The notes: a model not told the origin generated them from the sequence alone. A stretch of 20,893 nt of DNA from Candidatus Iainarchaeum sp. (GCA_038895675.1 JAWANB010000002.1:44532-65424), one strand, 5' to 3'; shown: positions 8,815 to 17,486, counted from the first letter of the stretch. A program made the numbers and translations.

Positions 8815-9156
8815 ATGGACGTTCATGATTTTGGCTTGGTTTTCGCTATTTTGGGTTTGTTGTCTTTTTTGTTGTTTTTGCCTCAAGAAAAAGTTTTGGT
8901 TATTTCAAGTATTGGCAATAACAATGTCGGGGAAAAAATAAAGACTATTGGCATTGTTGAGAATTTATTTGTTAAAAACGGAAACGCTTTTTTTGAGGTT
9001 AGAAATTCTGGCAAGCTCAAGGCTTTTTTTTATAGGCCAAGTCAAAGTCAGTTGGCTCATTTAAGAAACGGGGCTTTATTAGAAATTGTTGGTGTTGTTT
9101 CAAAAAGAAACAATTCTTTTGAGTTGGTTGTTGAAAGGGTGTCTATTGTTGGTTGA
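8815..9156 (+). CDS. Membrane-anchored OB-fold (nucleic-acid-binding-like) protein
   Basis: N-terminal TM, then VGEKIKTIGIVENL..GNAFFEVRNSGKLKAFFY..NGALLEIVGVV..FELVVERV, the beta-strand pattern of tRNA-anticodon/RPA-type OB folds. Confidence 0.65.
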   Translation: MDVHDFGLVFAILGLLSFLLFLPQEKVLVISSIGNNNVGEKIKTIGIVENLFVKNGNAFFEVRNSGKLKAFFYRPSQSQLAHLRNGALLEIVGVVSKRNNSFELVVERVSIVG

Positions 9157-10312
9157 GGAATTTTTTTGGCTTTTTTTCGGTATTATTGTTGGTGTTTTTT
9201 CAGGCCTTGTTCCTGGTTTGCATTCTAATTCTGTTTCTCTTTTGCTTGTTTACTTATTTTCTGGCGATTCTTTGAATTTTGCTATTTTTGTTGTGGCTCT
9301 TTGTATTACTCATTCCATTGTAGAGATTATTCCTTCTATGCTTACTGGTGCTGCTGAAGATTCTACTATAAACTTGCTACCTGGTCAAGAATTACTTTTG
9401 TCTGGGAGAGGCTTTGAGGCTATTTACTTTTCTATTGTTGGGGTTGTTTGCACTCTTTTCGTTTCTGTTTTTCTGTTGCCTGTGCTTTTTTCTTTCACTA
9501 CTTACTTTAGTTGGATTATTGATTTTTTTTTGTTGCCTATAATTTTTGTTGTTTTGTTTTTATTAATTTTTCATGAAAAGAATTTTTTTGGTGCTTTGCT
9601 TGTTGCTTTTTCTTCCGGTTTTATTGGTTTGACTTTAATTAATTCTGGCATAAAGGAAATTGTTTTTTCTTTGGTAACTGGGTTTTTTGCTGTTCCTGCT
9701 TTGTTCTATTCTTCTAAGACTATTAATTTGCCTCGTCAAAAGATTTGTTATCCTGATTTGTTTGATTTTCGTTTTGGTGCTTTGACTTCTTTGCTTTCTT
9801 GTTTTCTTTCTGTTGTTCCTGCTTTTGGGCCAGCGCATGCTTCTTCTTTATTAGGAGTATTTTATAGGAAATTAAGCAAGACTGAGTACTTATTGCTTTC
9901 TGGTGGGATTGGTGTTTCAAATCTTTTGTTTGGTGTTTTGGTGCTCTATACTTTAAACAAAACTCGTTCTGGAATGACTGTTATAATAAGTTCTATTGTT
10001 GATTTGAGTTTTTCAGATCTCCTAATCTTATTGTCTGTTGCTTTTTGTGCTGCTGGTTTTGCTTGTTTGATAACTTTGTTTATTGCTAAGTTTGTTCTTT
10101 TGAAGATTCATGATCTTAATTATGGTTTTTTAAGTGTGATTATTTTGGCTTTTGTTTTTTTGTTGGTTTTTTTGTTTTCTGGTTTTTTTGGTTTGGTAGC
10201 TTGTTTTATTGCTTCTTTGGTTGGAAATTATTGTTTGAAAAAAAAAGTTAGTAGAAGTTTGTGCATGTGTTTTTTGTTGTTTCCTACTCTTGTTTTTTAT
10301 TTAGGTTTTTGA
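9149..10312 (+). CDS. TctA-like (DUF112) polytopic membrane permease
   Basis: GVFSGLVPGLHSN, EIIPSMLTGA, LLPGQELLLSGRGFEAI, KTRSG motifs; about 10 or more TM segments; start inferred at TTG 9149 after GGGTG, overlapping the OB-fold stop (track start 9086). Confidence 0.8.
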   Translation: MVEEFFWLFFGIIVGVFSGLVPGLHSNSVSLLLVYLFSGDSLNFAIFVVALCITHSIVEIIPSMLTGAAEDSTINLLPGQELLLSGRGFEAIYFSIVGVVCTLFVSVFLLPVLFSFTTYFSWIIDFFLLPIIFVVLFLLIFHEKNFFGALLVAFSSGFIGLTLINSGIKEIVFSLVTGFFAVPALFYSSKTINLPRQKICYPDLFDFRFGALTSLLSCFLSVVPAFGPAHASSLLGVFYRKLSKTEYLLLSGGIGVSNLLFGVLVLYTLNKTRSGMTVIISSIVDLSFSDLLILLSVAFCAAGFACLITLFIAKFVLLKIHDLNYGFLSVIILAFVFLLVFLFSGFFGLVACFIASLVGNYCLKKKVSRSLCMCFLLFPTLVFYLGF

Positions 10313-10438
10313 TTTTTTTTATTGTTTTTATTTTGAATATCTTTTATTGTTTGTACTTTTTTAGCTGTTTTTAGTTTGTAGGTGTCATATTGATTTTTTG
10401 GTCATCATTTGCAGTTTTTTGTTTGACTGGCTTTTTAT

Positions 10439-11899
10439 TTATTGGTCTTTATCGTGTTGTTTACATTTTTTTTCATTCAGTAGTTTTTCTATTATTTTTT
10501 GTGTGCCTGAACCATATTGCATTGATTTTTTTTGTTTTGTGTAAATTTGTTCTTTTAAGCCTAATTGTTTTGCTAATTCTCGTATTGGGTGTTTTCTTAG
10601 CATGTCTTTTTCTGATTTTATTTTTTCTTTTGCTTTTATACTAAGTGCTTTTTTTATCATGTTTTGTGCAAAGAAAGGAAGTCTTATTTCAAGGCTTTGG
10701 TTGGCAAATATTGCATCTTCTCTTGCAAAGTTTCTTGCCCACATGTTTGCTGTTGAATATTCTATTTCTTTTTCTATTCCTTCATACCCTTCTTTTTTTA
10801 GTGTGTTCAAGTATGAATTGTAGCCACAAAATAGTTCGTCGCTACCTTGTCCTGTAAAAACTACTCGAATGTTTTCTTTTTTTATTGCTTTTGCGCAAGT
10901 CATTTCTGTTATTGCTAGTGCTAATTGCATTTTGTCGCAAAAAGGAATAACGGTTGTGCATTCTATCATTATTTCTTTTGCTTGGTTTTCTTCTATTTCT
11001 GTCTCTATCAACTCTAATCCTATTTCTTTTGCTGTTTGTTTCGCTTCTTTCAAATCGTGGCTTTCTTTTGTTCCTGCAACAAATAGTTTTGTTTGTACTT
11101 TTTCCGAAATTGTTTTTGCTATTAGGCTTGAGTCTATGCCTCCGCTGAATAGGATTGCCGCTTTGTTTATGTTTTTTGTTTGCATTTCTATTGTTTTTTC
11201 AAAGATTTGTTTTAGTGTTTCTTTTGTTTTTTTAGTTTTTGCTTCTTTTATAAAGTCTTTTAGGTTGTAAACTTTGTGCGTTTTGAATCCTTTTTTTGTT
11301 ATTTGTAGTAAATTTCCTGGTATTAGTGGTTGTGTGTAGTCTACTCCTATTTTTTTTAGTGCGTTTGGTTCTGACGCAAAAGCATATGCGTTTTTTGTTT
11401 CTCCGTACCAAACTGGTTTTTGGCCAGTAAAATCTCTGAAAGCAAATAGGTCTTTTTCTTTCATTATTCCTATTGCGTATTCTCCTATTGCTTTTTTTGA
11501 AAATTCTTTTAGAGTTTTTTTCAAAAAATCCAAGTTTGTTTCTTTTTTTTCTTGTTTTTGTGTTGTGATGAACTCGAGTATAGCGTAAGAGTCTGATTTT
11601 GCTTTTTTTTCTTGGCAGAATTCTTGGTAATTGTATATTGTTCCGTTGTGTGCTATTGCTGTTTCTTTTTCTTGCATTGGTTGTTTGCCAAAGCCTGTTG
11701 TTGATAATAAACAATGACCTAAAGCTATTGTGGTTTCTTCTAATTTTATTTTTGTTTCGTGTTTGTAATAGTTTGTTTTTTCGTGTGTGTAAATTCCAAA
11801 GCCGTCTGGTCCTCTTTTTTTTAGACTTTGTGCTAAAATTTCTGCTTCTTCGTTTATTGGTTTTTGTGTTTTTGAGAGTATGCCGAAAATTCCGCACAT
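10439..11899 (-). CDS. asnB: Asparagine synthase (glutamine-hydrolysing) family amidotransferase
   Basis: N-terminal MCGIFG nucleophile, KRGPDG, HNGTIYN, RDFTGQKP, LFSGGIDSS PP-loop, TGQGSDELFCGY, EIRLPF. Confidence 0.88.
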   Translation of the reverse strand: MCGIFGILSKTQKPINEEAEILAQSLKKRGPDGFGIYTHEKTNYYKHETKIKLEETTIALGHCLLSTTGFGKQPMQEKETAIAHNGTIYNYQEFCQEKKAKSDSYAILEFITTQKQEKKETNLDFLKKTLKEFSKKAIGEYAIGIMKEKDLFAFRDFTGQKPVWYGETKNAYAFASEPNALKKIGVDYTQPLIPGNLLQITKKGFKTHKVYNLKDFIKEAKTKKTKETLKQIFEKTIEMQTKNINKAAILFSGGIDSSLIAKTISEKVQTKLFVAGTKESHDLKEAKQTAKEIGLELIETEIEENQAKEIMIECTTVIPFCDKMQLALAITEMTCAKAIKKENIRVVFTGQGSDELFCGYNSYLNTLKKEGYEGIEKEIEYSTANMWARNFAREDAIFANQSLEIRLPFFAQNMIKKALSIKAKEKIKSEKDMLRKHPIRELAKQLGLKEQIYTKQKKSMQYGSGTQKIIEKLLNEKKCKQHDKDQ

Positions 11900-12024
11900 G
11901 TTTTATGTTGTGTTAGGAAACTAAAATAATTTTATTGATTTTCAATTATTTGGCTTTTTTTTATTTTTTATTTTTATAGATCTCTTTGTTTGTTTTTCAA
12001 TGTTGTTTTTTGTTTATTTTATTT

Positions 12025-12201
12025 TCAGCCGAGTAGACTTGCTATTGTTTTGTCTCTGTTTTCTATTACTTCTAGTTGTGCTTGGTCTGCTATTTTTGAC
12101 AGGTTGAAAGCTAATATTGTGACTACGAGTATTAAGAGTACTGCAAACATTAGTGTTAGTAGGTATTCTACTGAGACTTGTGCTTTTTCGTTTTTGTTCA
12201 T
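12025..12201 (-). CDS. 58-aa class III signal peptide micro-pilin (not in ORF track)
   Basis: Manual translation MNKNEKA|QVSVEYLLTLMFAVLLILVVTILAFNLSKIADQAQLEVIENRDKTIASLLG*; starts 2 nt after the stop of the upstream pilin. Confidence 0.85.
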   Translation of the reverse strand: MNKNEKAQVSVEYLLTLMFAVLLILVVTILAFNLSKIADQAQLEVIENRDKTIASLLG

Positions 12202-12203
12202 GC

Positions 12204-12566
12204 TTATACCTCTATGTTATTCCCTCCTCCACAATTATCAGGATTGTCCATTACTCCTATTTTTTCTGCTATGCATTTTGGGTAATTTCCTGTGCATTGC
12301 CAGCAAGTTTTTGTGTTTTTAACATAAATGTGGCTTATGTCTGCTGCGCCTGGTATGACTTTTACTATGCTACAGCTTGGTGGTGTTTTTGCTTGTGTTG
12401 CTTTCAAGGCGCATAGTTGTGATACGTGGCTTTTGTCAGCCATTCCGCTTTGTGTTGAACTGTTTCCTAATATTAGTGCTATTACTGTTGCAGCTAACAC
12501 TACTCCGCCTCCTATTAAGAGTAAGTATTCTAATGCTCCTTGCGATTTTTTATTTTTAATTTTCAT
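12204..12566 (-). CDS. Type IV pilin, Cys-rich paralogue C
   Basis: KKS|QGALEYLLLIGGGVVLAATVIALIL; 6 Cys including CWQCTGNYPKC; homologous to 17096 and 17504. Confidence 0.88.
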   Translation of the reverse strand: MKIKNKKSQGALEYLLLIGGGVVLAATVIALILGNSSTQSGMADKSHVSQLCALKATQAKTPPSCSIVKVIPGAADISHIYVKNTKTCWQCTGNYPKCIAEKIGVMDNPDNCGGGNNIEV

Positions 12567-12589
12567 TAGTAAGTAATTACTTTTTGTGT

Positions 12590-12597
12590 TTTATAAA
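12590..12597 (-). promoter_or_regulatory. Putative TATA box for the pilin C / micro-pilin operon
   Basis: TTTATAAA 24-31 nt upstream of ATG 12566 on the minus strand. Confidence 0.6.
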
Positions 12598-12866
12598 CAT
12601 TGCTTGTTTTTCTTTTAGGTTGTTATTAGTTTCCATGTTGTTTGTTTTGTAAGGTCTTTCGGCTATTTTTTTGCTTTTTATTTAATTTTTTTCTGTAAAT
12701 TTTTATTTTTGGTTTTTGTATGTTTTGTAGAAATCATTTTTGCTTTTTTAAGGTCGTTGGCTTGTTTTGTAAACTTTTTTTTGATTTAAAAGTCATTTCT
12801 ACAGAGCCATTTTTTTAGTACTCATTTTTTTTAGTCTTTTTCGTGTTTTTTTGGTTATTAAAAAAA

Positions 12867-12874
12867 TTTATATT
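12867..12874 (+). promoter_or_regulatory. Putative TATA box for the pilus assembly operon
   Basis: A-run then TTTATATT about 30 nt upstream of ATG 12903. Confidence 0.5.
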
Positions 12875-12902
12875 AGTGTATTTTGTTAGGTATTTGGGTG
12901 TT

Positions 12903-14597
12903 ATGGAAAACTATATGTCTGATTTGTTTGCGAAGGTGAAAGGTAAGCCTGTGCAAAAGGATGAGAAGAAGGTTGAAGAGAGTTTAGTGAAAGAAGATGT
13001 GAAAGTTAAGGAGTCTTTGAGTGCTAAGCAGTCTGAGTCTTTTGACGTTCCTTTTGTTAAGCCAAAGTCGGTTGTTGATTCTGTGTTGTCTTCAGATTCT
13101 TCTGTTGAGGTTGATGAGCAAGATTCAGAGTACTTAAAGAAATTAGCTGATTCTGAAAAGGAGTTGATTGAGGTTACTCCTCATGGTAAAATTTATAGAG
13201 TTAGTGGCAAGTCTTTGCTTTACTATTGGGCTCCGGTTTCTAGACCTATTGGGGCTGAGAGGGCTATAATTAATACTATTAAGGAGGCTGCTACGAGAAT
13301 TATTACTATTTCTCCTTATAAGATTCGTGATCCTGAGGAGAGACGTAATGTTTATTTTCAGAAGATTTTGGAGATAATTAGAGAGTCTCCTGAGCTTAGA
13401 ATTCCTGCTAATAAGCAGGAGTTTTATGCTGAGGTTGTTGTTCGTGAAATGGTTGGTTATGGTTTGATTGATACTTTGATTAAGGATGAGTTGTTAGAGG
13501 AAATAATGGTTATTGGTCCTCATGTTCCTGTTTATGTTTTTCATAGAAAGTATGGCATGATGATTACCAACATCGAGTTTTATGGCGATAATGAGATTCA
13601 GGATTTGATTAATAGAATGGCTAGAACTGTTGGTAGGCGCGTAGATCTTGCAATGCCTTTGCTTGACGCTCGTCTTCCTGATGGTAGTAGGGTTAATGCT
13701 ACTATTCCTCCTGCTTCTGTTGATGGTTCTACTTTAACTATTAGGAAGTTTAGGAAGGACCCTTATAGTATTGTTGATTTGATTAATTTTGGGACTTTGA
13801 GTACTGAGGTTGCTGCTTTTTTGTGGTTGTGCGTTGAGGGGTTAAAGGCAAAGCCTGCTAATTTGCTTATTTCTGGCGGAACTGGTTCTGGTAAAACTAC
13901 TTTGTTGAATGTTCTTGCTTCTTTTATTCCTGAGACTGAAAGAGTTGTTTCTATTGAGGACACTGCTGAGCTTAAGTTGCCTCTTGAGCATTGGGTGAGG
14001 CTCGAGGCTAGGCCTCCTGGTTTAGAGGGAACTGGTGAGATTACTTTGGATATTCTTACGAAAAATTCTTTGCGTATGCGTCCTGATCGTATTTTGGTTG
14101 GTGAGATTAGACATGCTGAGGCTTTTGCTCTTTTCACTGCCATGAATACTGGTCATGAAGGTTGTATGGGTACTGTGCATGCTAATTCTCCTCAAGAGAC
14201 TTTGATTAGGGTCATGAGTCCTCCGATGAATGTGCCTGAAGTAATGCTTGCTGGTTTGAATTTTGTTGTTATTGAGCATAGGCTTCATGATAAAAAAGTT
14301 GGGGCTATTAGGCGTATTACTGAAATTGCAGAGGTTTATGGTGCTCTCGAGGGTAAGCCAACAACAGAGACTATTTACAAGCGTGATGCGTCAAGTGACA
14401 CTCTTATAAGGACAAAATCACATATACAATACTTGAAGGTTCTTGAGGAAAGAACAGGGCTTTCTCAAGACCAAATTGCAAAAGAGTTGAAAAGGAGAGA
14501 AGTTTTTCTTAGGGAGTTAGTTGCTAAAAAAGAATCTAACATGGATGAAGTTAGTAGGCAAATGAAAGAATTTTTGATGAGGTCTGAGCATGGATAA
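12903..14597 (+). CDS. Type IV pilus assembly ATPase (CpaF/TadA/VirB11 family)
   Basis: Walker A GGTGSGKTT, Asp box SIEDTAEL, RMRPDRILVGEIR, His box TGHEGCMGTVHAN; start ATG 12903 (or 12915) preferred to GTG 12843, which would include the TATA box. Confidence 0.93.
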   Translation: MENYMSDLFAKVKGKPVQKDEKKVEESLVKEDVKVKESLSAKQSESFDVPFVKPKSVVDSVLSSDSSVEVDEQDSEYLKKLADSEKELIEVTPHGKIYRVSGKSLLYYWAPVSRPIGAERAIINTIKEAATRIITISPYKIRDPEERRNVYFQKILEIIRESPELRIPANKQEFYAEVVVREMVGYGLIDTLIKDELLEEIMVIGPHVPVYVFHRKYGMMITNIEFYGDNEIQDLINRMARTVGRRVDLAMPLLDARLPDGSRVNATIPPASVDGSTLTIRKFRKDPYSIVDLINFGTLSTEVAAFLWLCVEGLKAKPANLLISGGTGSGKTTLLNVLASFIPETERVVSIEDTAELKLPLEHWVRLEARPPGLEGTGEITLDILTKNSLRMRPDRILVGEIRHAEAFALFTAMNTGHEGCMGTVHANSPQETLIRVMSPPMNVPEVMLAGLNFVVIEHRLHDKKVGAIRRITEIAEVYGALEGKPTTETIYKRDASSDTLIRTKSHIQYLKVLEERTGLSQDQIAKELKRREVFLRELVAKKESNMDEVSRQMKEFLMRSEHG

Positions 14598-15723
14598 TTT
14601 AGAGGCTTTAAGAAAGACGATTGAAGAAAAAAAAGAAGTGAAAAAAGAGCCTAAGAGAAATGAAGAAGTCGTTGACATGGCTCAGGTAGAGAAAATAGTT
14701 GAAAGGATGAAAAAAAAGTATAGGCAACAAGGAGTGGTTTTCCAAAAGGCCGAGGGTGATATTGAGGAATTGAGAGAAATAATTGCTACTGACGAGCAAG
14801 AAAAAATTAGTTTGCAGAGAGTTGAAGATCTTGAAGAATTTAGAAATCCTTTGATTGCTCAATTAGGTAGATTCTATATTTCTTTTAGAAAGGTTCTTGA
14901 GCCTATTGTGACAAGCATTCAAAGAATTCCTATAGCAAGCCAAATAAGGTATAATCTTTATTCTGCTAACATGAAGCTTTCTTTAGTTCAGTGGTTAGCT
15001 ATTTCAACTTCAATTACTACCATAATTGCTTTTCTTGTTTTTGTGAACGCTACTGCTTTCACTATTGTATTTGAATTGCCTATTTTTTTTCCTGTTATAA
15101 TAACTTTTTTTGTCACGCTTTTAGTAATGCTTGTAATGCTTTTGATTCCTAAGAGTGCTGCTCAAAAGCGTGGTCTTGAAGTTACTAAAGAGTTGCCTTT
15201 TGCTTTGAGGCACATGTCTACTGAGATAAAGGCAGGCATAGGTCTTTATAAGAGTCTTCAAACAGTGGCTTCTTCAGACTATGGTGTTTTGAGTGAAGAG
15301 TTTGGTAGAACAATTGCTGAGATAGAGGAAGGCACTGATACTAAAGACGCTTTGAGGCACTTTGCTTTGAGGACTTACTCTAAGCCTATGAAAAATTCTT
15401 TGTTTCACATTATTAGGGCTATGAAAACCGGCGGTAGTCTTTCAGAGATAATGAATATTATTGCTGAGGATGTGAGTTTTGATACTAGAGTTAGAATAAA
15501 AGAGTTTTCTGAGAAACTAAACTTTTTTGGCGTTATTTTTATTTTTGCAGCAATAGTTGTTCCTGTGTTCATTGCTGTTTTAGGAGCAGTGACTAACTCG
15601 CCAGTAAGTTTAGGGGGCTTAGTTATTCCATCTACTTTAGTTTTAATTGCGTTTTTTGTTATAATGCCTGGGTTGTTAGGTATTTTGGTTTTTTACCTTA
15701 AAATGACCCAGCCTGAGGTGTAA
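14590..15723 (+). CDS. Type IV pilus platform protein (TadC/T2SSF family)
   Basis: KELPFALRHMSTEIKAGIGL, DYGVLSEEF, TGGSLSEIM; TM segments; overlaps ATPase stop by 8 nt. Confidence 0.9.
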   Translation: MDNLEALRKTIEEKKEVKKEPKRNEEVVDMAQVEKIVERMKKKYRQQGVVFQKAEGDIEELREIIATDEQEKISLQRVEDLEEFRNPLIAQLGRFYISFRKVLEPIVTSIQRIPIASQIRYNLYSANMKLSLVQWLAISTSITTIIAFLVFVNATAFTIVFELPIFFPVIITFFVTLLVMLVMLLIPKSAAQKRGLEVTKELPFALRHMSTEIKAGIGLYKSLQTVASSDYGVLSEEFGRTIAEIEEGTDTKDALRHFALRTYSKPMKNSLFHIIRAMKTGGSLSEIMNIIAEDVSFDTRVRIKEFSEKLNFFGVIFIFAAIVVPVFIAVLGAVTNSPVSLGGLVIPSTLVLIAFFVIMPGLLGILVFYLKMTQPEV

Positions 15724-15725
15724 TA

Positions 15726-16676
15726 ATGGCTTTACAATTGATTGACAACATTCCTTTGTTAAAAAATTCAAAGATAATGATAAAGTATGCTCGTTATTTG
15801 AAGACAGCTGACTTCAGGATTGATCCTTTGCTTTGGATTCTGCTTTCCCTATTAGTAGCAATAATAGTTTCTTTGCTAGTGTGGTTTTTAGCAGATTACT
15901 TTGGTTTAGAACAAGCTATTGCTTTAGGCTTTCTTTCTTTAATTCTGGTTGCAGACTTGATGCTTGGTTATCCTTTTCTCAAGGCTGAAGAAAGAATAAA
16001 CCAAATAGAAGAACTTTTGCCAGAAGCCTTAAGACAAATGTCAGATGTTTTAAAGTCAGGCGGCACTTACGAATTAGCCTTGAAAGAAGTAGCAACCTCG
16101 GATTATGGGCCTTTAAAAGTAGAGTTCAACGAAGTTTTGCGAAAATTAGAAGAGGGTGAAAATTTTCAATCTTCTTTCAGAGTTTTGCAAAAAAACATTG
16201 ACTCAAAGTTAGTTCAAAGAACAGTCACAATAATAATTGACGCCATAGAAGCAGGCGGAGGTCTTTCAAACGTCCTTGAACAAATAGCAGAAGACGTTAG
16301 AGAATTGCATAGGATAGGTAGAGAAAGAAAAGCATCAACAGCAATGCAAGTAATATTCATTTTTGCAGCAGGCGGAGTAATAGCACCAATGATATTTGGT
16401 TTTGTAACAACAATAGCAAACATGCTAATAGCATCTTCAAGTCAAGCCACTTCAGAAAGTGTAAAACAAGCCTCTGTTGAAGCAATAAGCTCAATAAAAC
16501 TTGCAATAGAAGGTTATTTGATTATTCTGTCTTTCTTTTCAGGCTTAATGATATCAATAATGCGCGATGGAAGAATGACCAAAACCATTATATACTTCCC
16601 AATATTGTTATTAATATCATACTTTGTTTACTTGGCCTCTGCAATAGTCTCAGGCTTGTTCATAAAAGGTGCATAA
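15726..16676 (+). CDS. Second type IV pilus platform protein (TadB/TadC, T2SSF family)
   Basis: LPEALRQMSDVLKSG, DYGPLKVEF, AGGGLSNVLEQIAED; TM segments; 2 nt after previous stop. Confidence 0.9.
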   Translation: MALQLIDNIPLLKNSKIMIKYARYLKTADFRIDPLLWILLSLLVAIIVSLLVWFLADYFGLEQAIALGFLSLILVADLMLGYPFLKAEERINQIEELLPEALRQMSDVLKSGGTYELALKEVATSDYGPLKVEFNEVLRKLEEGENFQSSFRVLQKNIDSKLVQRTVTIIIDAIEAGGGLSNVLEQIAEDVRELHRIGRERKASTAMQVIFIFAAGGVIAPMIFGFVTTIANMLIASSSQATSESVKQASVEAISSIKLAIEGYLIILSFFSGLMISIMRDGRMTKTIIYFPILLLISYFVYLASAIVSGLFIKGA

Positions 16677-16678
16677 AA

Positions 16679-16831
16679 ATGCAATTACTAAAAAACGAGA
16701 AAGCACAAGGCTCAACAGAAACACTATTAGTATTAAGCTTGGCAGTTGTAGCAGCAGTTACCGTAGGTTACTTTGTAAAAAACTTTATTGCTAACCAAGT
16801 TGCCGCAGAAATAGAAGAAAACGTGGAATAA
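16679..16831 (+). CDS. 50-aa class III signal peptide micro-pilin (not in ORF track)
   Basis: Manual translation MQLLKNEKA|QGSTETLLVLSLAVVAAVTVGYFVKNFIANQVAAEIEENVE*; starts 2 nt after the platform gene stop. Confidence 0.82.
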   Translation: MQLLKNEKAQGSTETLLVLSLAVVAAVTVGYFVKNFIANQVAAEIEENVE

Positions 16832-16840
16832 ATTTAAGCT

Positions 16841-16877
16841 AAAGGCCAAGAGCCCTAAAAGCCTTTTCTTTCATTTT
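16841..16877 (+). terminator. Possible terminator of the assembly operon
   Basis: AAAGGC (16841-16846) and GCCTTT (16861-16866) can pair, followed by a T-rich tract; weak stem with a long loop. Confidence 0.3.
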
Positions 16878-17030
16878 ATTAGCGTTAAAAAACTTTACTT
16901 TTTTAGGTAAGAAAATAGTGCTTTTTTCTACCTGTTTGCGTAAACAATAAAGTTTTTTTTGGTCGCTCAATTACTTTAATTTCGGTTTTGTTGAGTATTT
17001 GAATTCTACAAAACACGCTAAAAGCTCACA

Positions 17031-17038
17031 TTTATATA
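17031..17038 (+). promoter_or_regulatory. Putative TATA box for tandem pilins A/B
   Basis: Consensus TTTATATA about 60 nt upstream of ATG 17096; leader carries GGAGG SD at 17084-17088. Confidence 0.65.
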
Positions 17039-17078
17039 TTAGTTTTTTGTTATTATTGTAAATTATTTTGTTTTAACT

Positions 17079-17204
17079 TTTAGGGAGGAGAAAAAATGTT
17101 GAATAGGTTTAAAGGTCAAGGTGCTTTAGAGTACTTGTTGCTTATTGGAGGCGCAGTTGTAGTAGCAGCTGTTGTGATTGTGCTGTTGCTTGGGACTGGG
17201 AGTA
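17079..17204 (+). repeat. 126-bp direct repeat, copy 1 (SD + pilin codons 1-36)
   Basis: 121/126 identical to 17487-17612; all 5 differences are synonymous third positions. Confidence 0.95.
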
Positions 17205-17464
17205 CAAGCGGAGGGCAAACTGAATCAGGTGCAATGAGTGCCACTTGTGCACAATTGGCAATACAAGCGAATCCATCTAATCCGAAATGTATAGAAATTG
17301 ATCCAACATCGAATCAAACAGCAGCGATTTGGAATTCTAAAACGTCTACTTGTTGGACATGCAGTGGAACTTATCCTTCTTGTTCCGCTCAAAGGATTTC
17401 TCCAAATGCAGTGGTCGCTACTGACTGTAATGCAGGTACAGGTAATTCGAGATATATAATTTAA
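17096..17464 (+). CDS. Type IV pilin, Cys-rich paralogue A (probable major pilin)
   Basis: FKG|QGALEYLLLIGGAVVVAAVVIVLLLG; strong SD; 6 Cys including CWTCSGTYPSC. Confidence 0.9.
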   Translation: MLNRFKGQGALEYLLLIGGAVVVAAVVIVLLLGTGSTSGGQTESGAMSATCAQLAIQANPSNPKCIEIDPTSNQTAAIWNSKTSTCWTCSGTYPSCSAQRISPNAVVATDCNAGTGNSRYII

Positions 17465-17486
17465 ATATTATAATTAGTTTTTTAGA

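Noticed and set aside
9086..9148. Upstream start of the TctA-like ORF
   Set aside because: Would overlap the OB-fold gene by about 70 nt; TTG 9149 with GGGTG upstream fits better
10313..10438. Possible small gene between tctA-like and asnB
   Set aside because: Only very short ATG-initiated frames on the minus strand; the + strand 10390 ORF is an asnB shadow
12843..12902. GTG-initiated extension of the pilus ATPase
   Set aside because: Spans the putative TATA box and reads as T-rich intergenic sequence
12567..12902. CRISPR array or ncRNA in the long intergenic region (recurring TGTTTTGTA, TAAGGTC)
   Set aside because: Repeats are short, irregularly spaced and expected in T/G-rich DNA; no GC-rich stems resembling tRNA or other structured RNA
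12903..16676. Archaellum (FlaI/FlaJ) assignment
   Set aside because: Two separate platform genes, no FlaH/F/G or archaellin-type N-termini; pilins are of the Q+1/E+5 type
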